A stretch of 62,376 nucleotides of DNA from Candidatus Desantisbacteria bacterium CG1_02_49_89. Lineage in GTDB: Bacteria > Desantisbacteria > UBA1551. This document shows, piece after piece, positions 61,692-62,376 of the stretch (position 1 is the stretch's first letter; every line of letters begins with the position of its first letter). The notes beneath the pieces were generated by a model. That model had not been told where the DNA came from, did not search any database, and worked only from the letters and a program-made list of their open reading frames with translations. The stretch spans positions 1 to 62,376 of the forward strand of contig MNUP01000143.1 of the NCBI GenBank assembly GCA_001871075.1. The letters are read 5' to 3'. The position numbers and the translations under genes were made by a program.

Positions 61692-62376
61692 ATGAAAAGA
61701 GCAAATGCAGGACCTAAGTTGTTACTGCTCTTCACTTTTTTCCTTCTGCTATCTACCGCATCGCTTGCCGCAGACTCATTCACGTTGCCCATGAACATTA
61801 TTGATGTAGGTCCCAGGGCACAAGGTTTTTCAGGTGCTTTCACCGGAATAGCAGATGACGCATCCGCATTCTACTGGAACCCCGCCGGATACAGATTTTT
61901 TGAAAGATACGGTATATCTTCTTCTCACACCTCCGGTCTTAGTTACTGGAGAGGATATGTTACCTACAACTATCCCCTGGGCGCCATTACCGCGGTCCGT
62001 TCCGCATCAGGCTTAAGCTGGGACGGAATAGATGGAAAAGGAACCGCAGACCTGTTCATATTTACGCAAGCGCTGCCTTTGGGCGATGTATTTTCCGTGG
62101 GGTTCAACCTTAAGGGATTAAGCCAGGACAACGGAGAATCCTTAGGTTACGGCTGCGACCTTGGCGCTCTGCTGAGAACGCAGTATTTCCGCCTCGGGTT
62201 TACAGCCCAGGACCTTGTATCCTACGTGGGAAAAACAAAATCTAATCCGGTATACAGGATCGGCGTCGGCATAGGGCCATTCAGCACGGTTATGATCGGC
62301 GCCCAGGTTGACCTGATAGACCTCAGCGCCTTTCAGGCAGGCATGTTCCTGCCCCAGATACGCACCGGAATTGAAG
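61692..62376 (+). CDS. Putative outer-membrane beta-barrel protein (3' end outside the window)
   Basis: ATG follows GGAGG. Signal peptide MKRANAGPKLLLLFTFFLLLSTASLAA. The motif GFSGAFTGIADDASAFYWNPAGY is typical of PorV/FadL-like barrels. My hand translation is open to the window edge. Confidence 0.6.
   Translation, partial: MKRANAGPKLLLLFTFFLLLSTASLAADSFTLPMNIIDVGPRAQGFSGAFTGIADDASAFYWNPAGYRFFERYGISSSHTSGLSYWRGYVTYNYPLGAITAVRSASGLSWDGIDGKGTADLFIFTQALPLGDVFSVGFNLKGLSQDNGESLGYGCDLGALLRTQYFRLGFTAQDLVSYVGKTKSNPVYRIGVGIGPFSTVMIGAQVDLIDLSAFQAGMFLPQIRTGIE

Overview
This is a 62.4-kb chromosomal segment from what looks like an uncultured anaerobic bacterium. Starts are Shine-Dalgarno-dependent and a few promoters are textbook sigma70. 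The taxon cannot be determined from sequence alone. Positions 1-37.3 kb are almost entirely minus-strand. They carry a toxin/antitoxin islet (Fic, HEPN+MNT, RelE+RHH), EPS export genes (Wzc-type BY-kinase, Wza) and a permease-less regulatory PTS (ptsI, ptsH, hprK, ptsN, hpf) interleaved with two GH57 glycogen enzymes. Housekeeping genes follow (nnr, acpS, phoH, ispF, pilT, an orphan MalK-like ATPase, an epimerase, an O-antigen-ligase/TPR protein). Next come an intein-interrupted rtcB with archease and an unknown secreted protein, then gatC and three tandem zinc-ribbon HtrA paralogs, one of them catalytically dead. Positions 37.6-62.4 kb are plus-strand: mfd, then a ~19.5-kb Wood-Ljungdahl operon, then yjbQ, ssb and a truncated outer-membrane ORF. 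The operon order is MetV-RnfC fusion, metV, metF, cooC, CooF-like, NuoE/F/G'-like module, a 59-aa sORF, acsD, acsA, acsB, acsC, an FkbM methyltransferase, acsE, a DUF3786-like gene and RACo. The most unusual property is non-coding. Nearly every intergenic region is assembled from a recurring vocabulary of nested palindromes. The vocabulary includes GTAG+hairpin REP-like units locked to the transcribed strand, a 22-nt hairpin family, and covarying nested hairpins. It also includes ~30-bp TTTTACAGGGAT...GATTTAA units in inverted pairs, MITE-like modules with ATTATGA-word arms, and private stuttering word arrays abutting stop and start codons. Several of these elements reach into coding sequence. 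CDS coordinates come from the supplied ORF track plus codon arithmetic. Repeat coordinates were read by eye and may be off by 1-2 nt.
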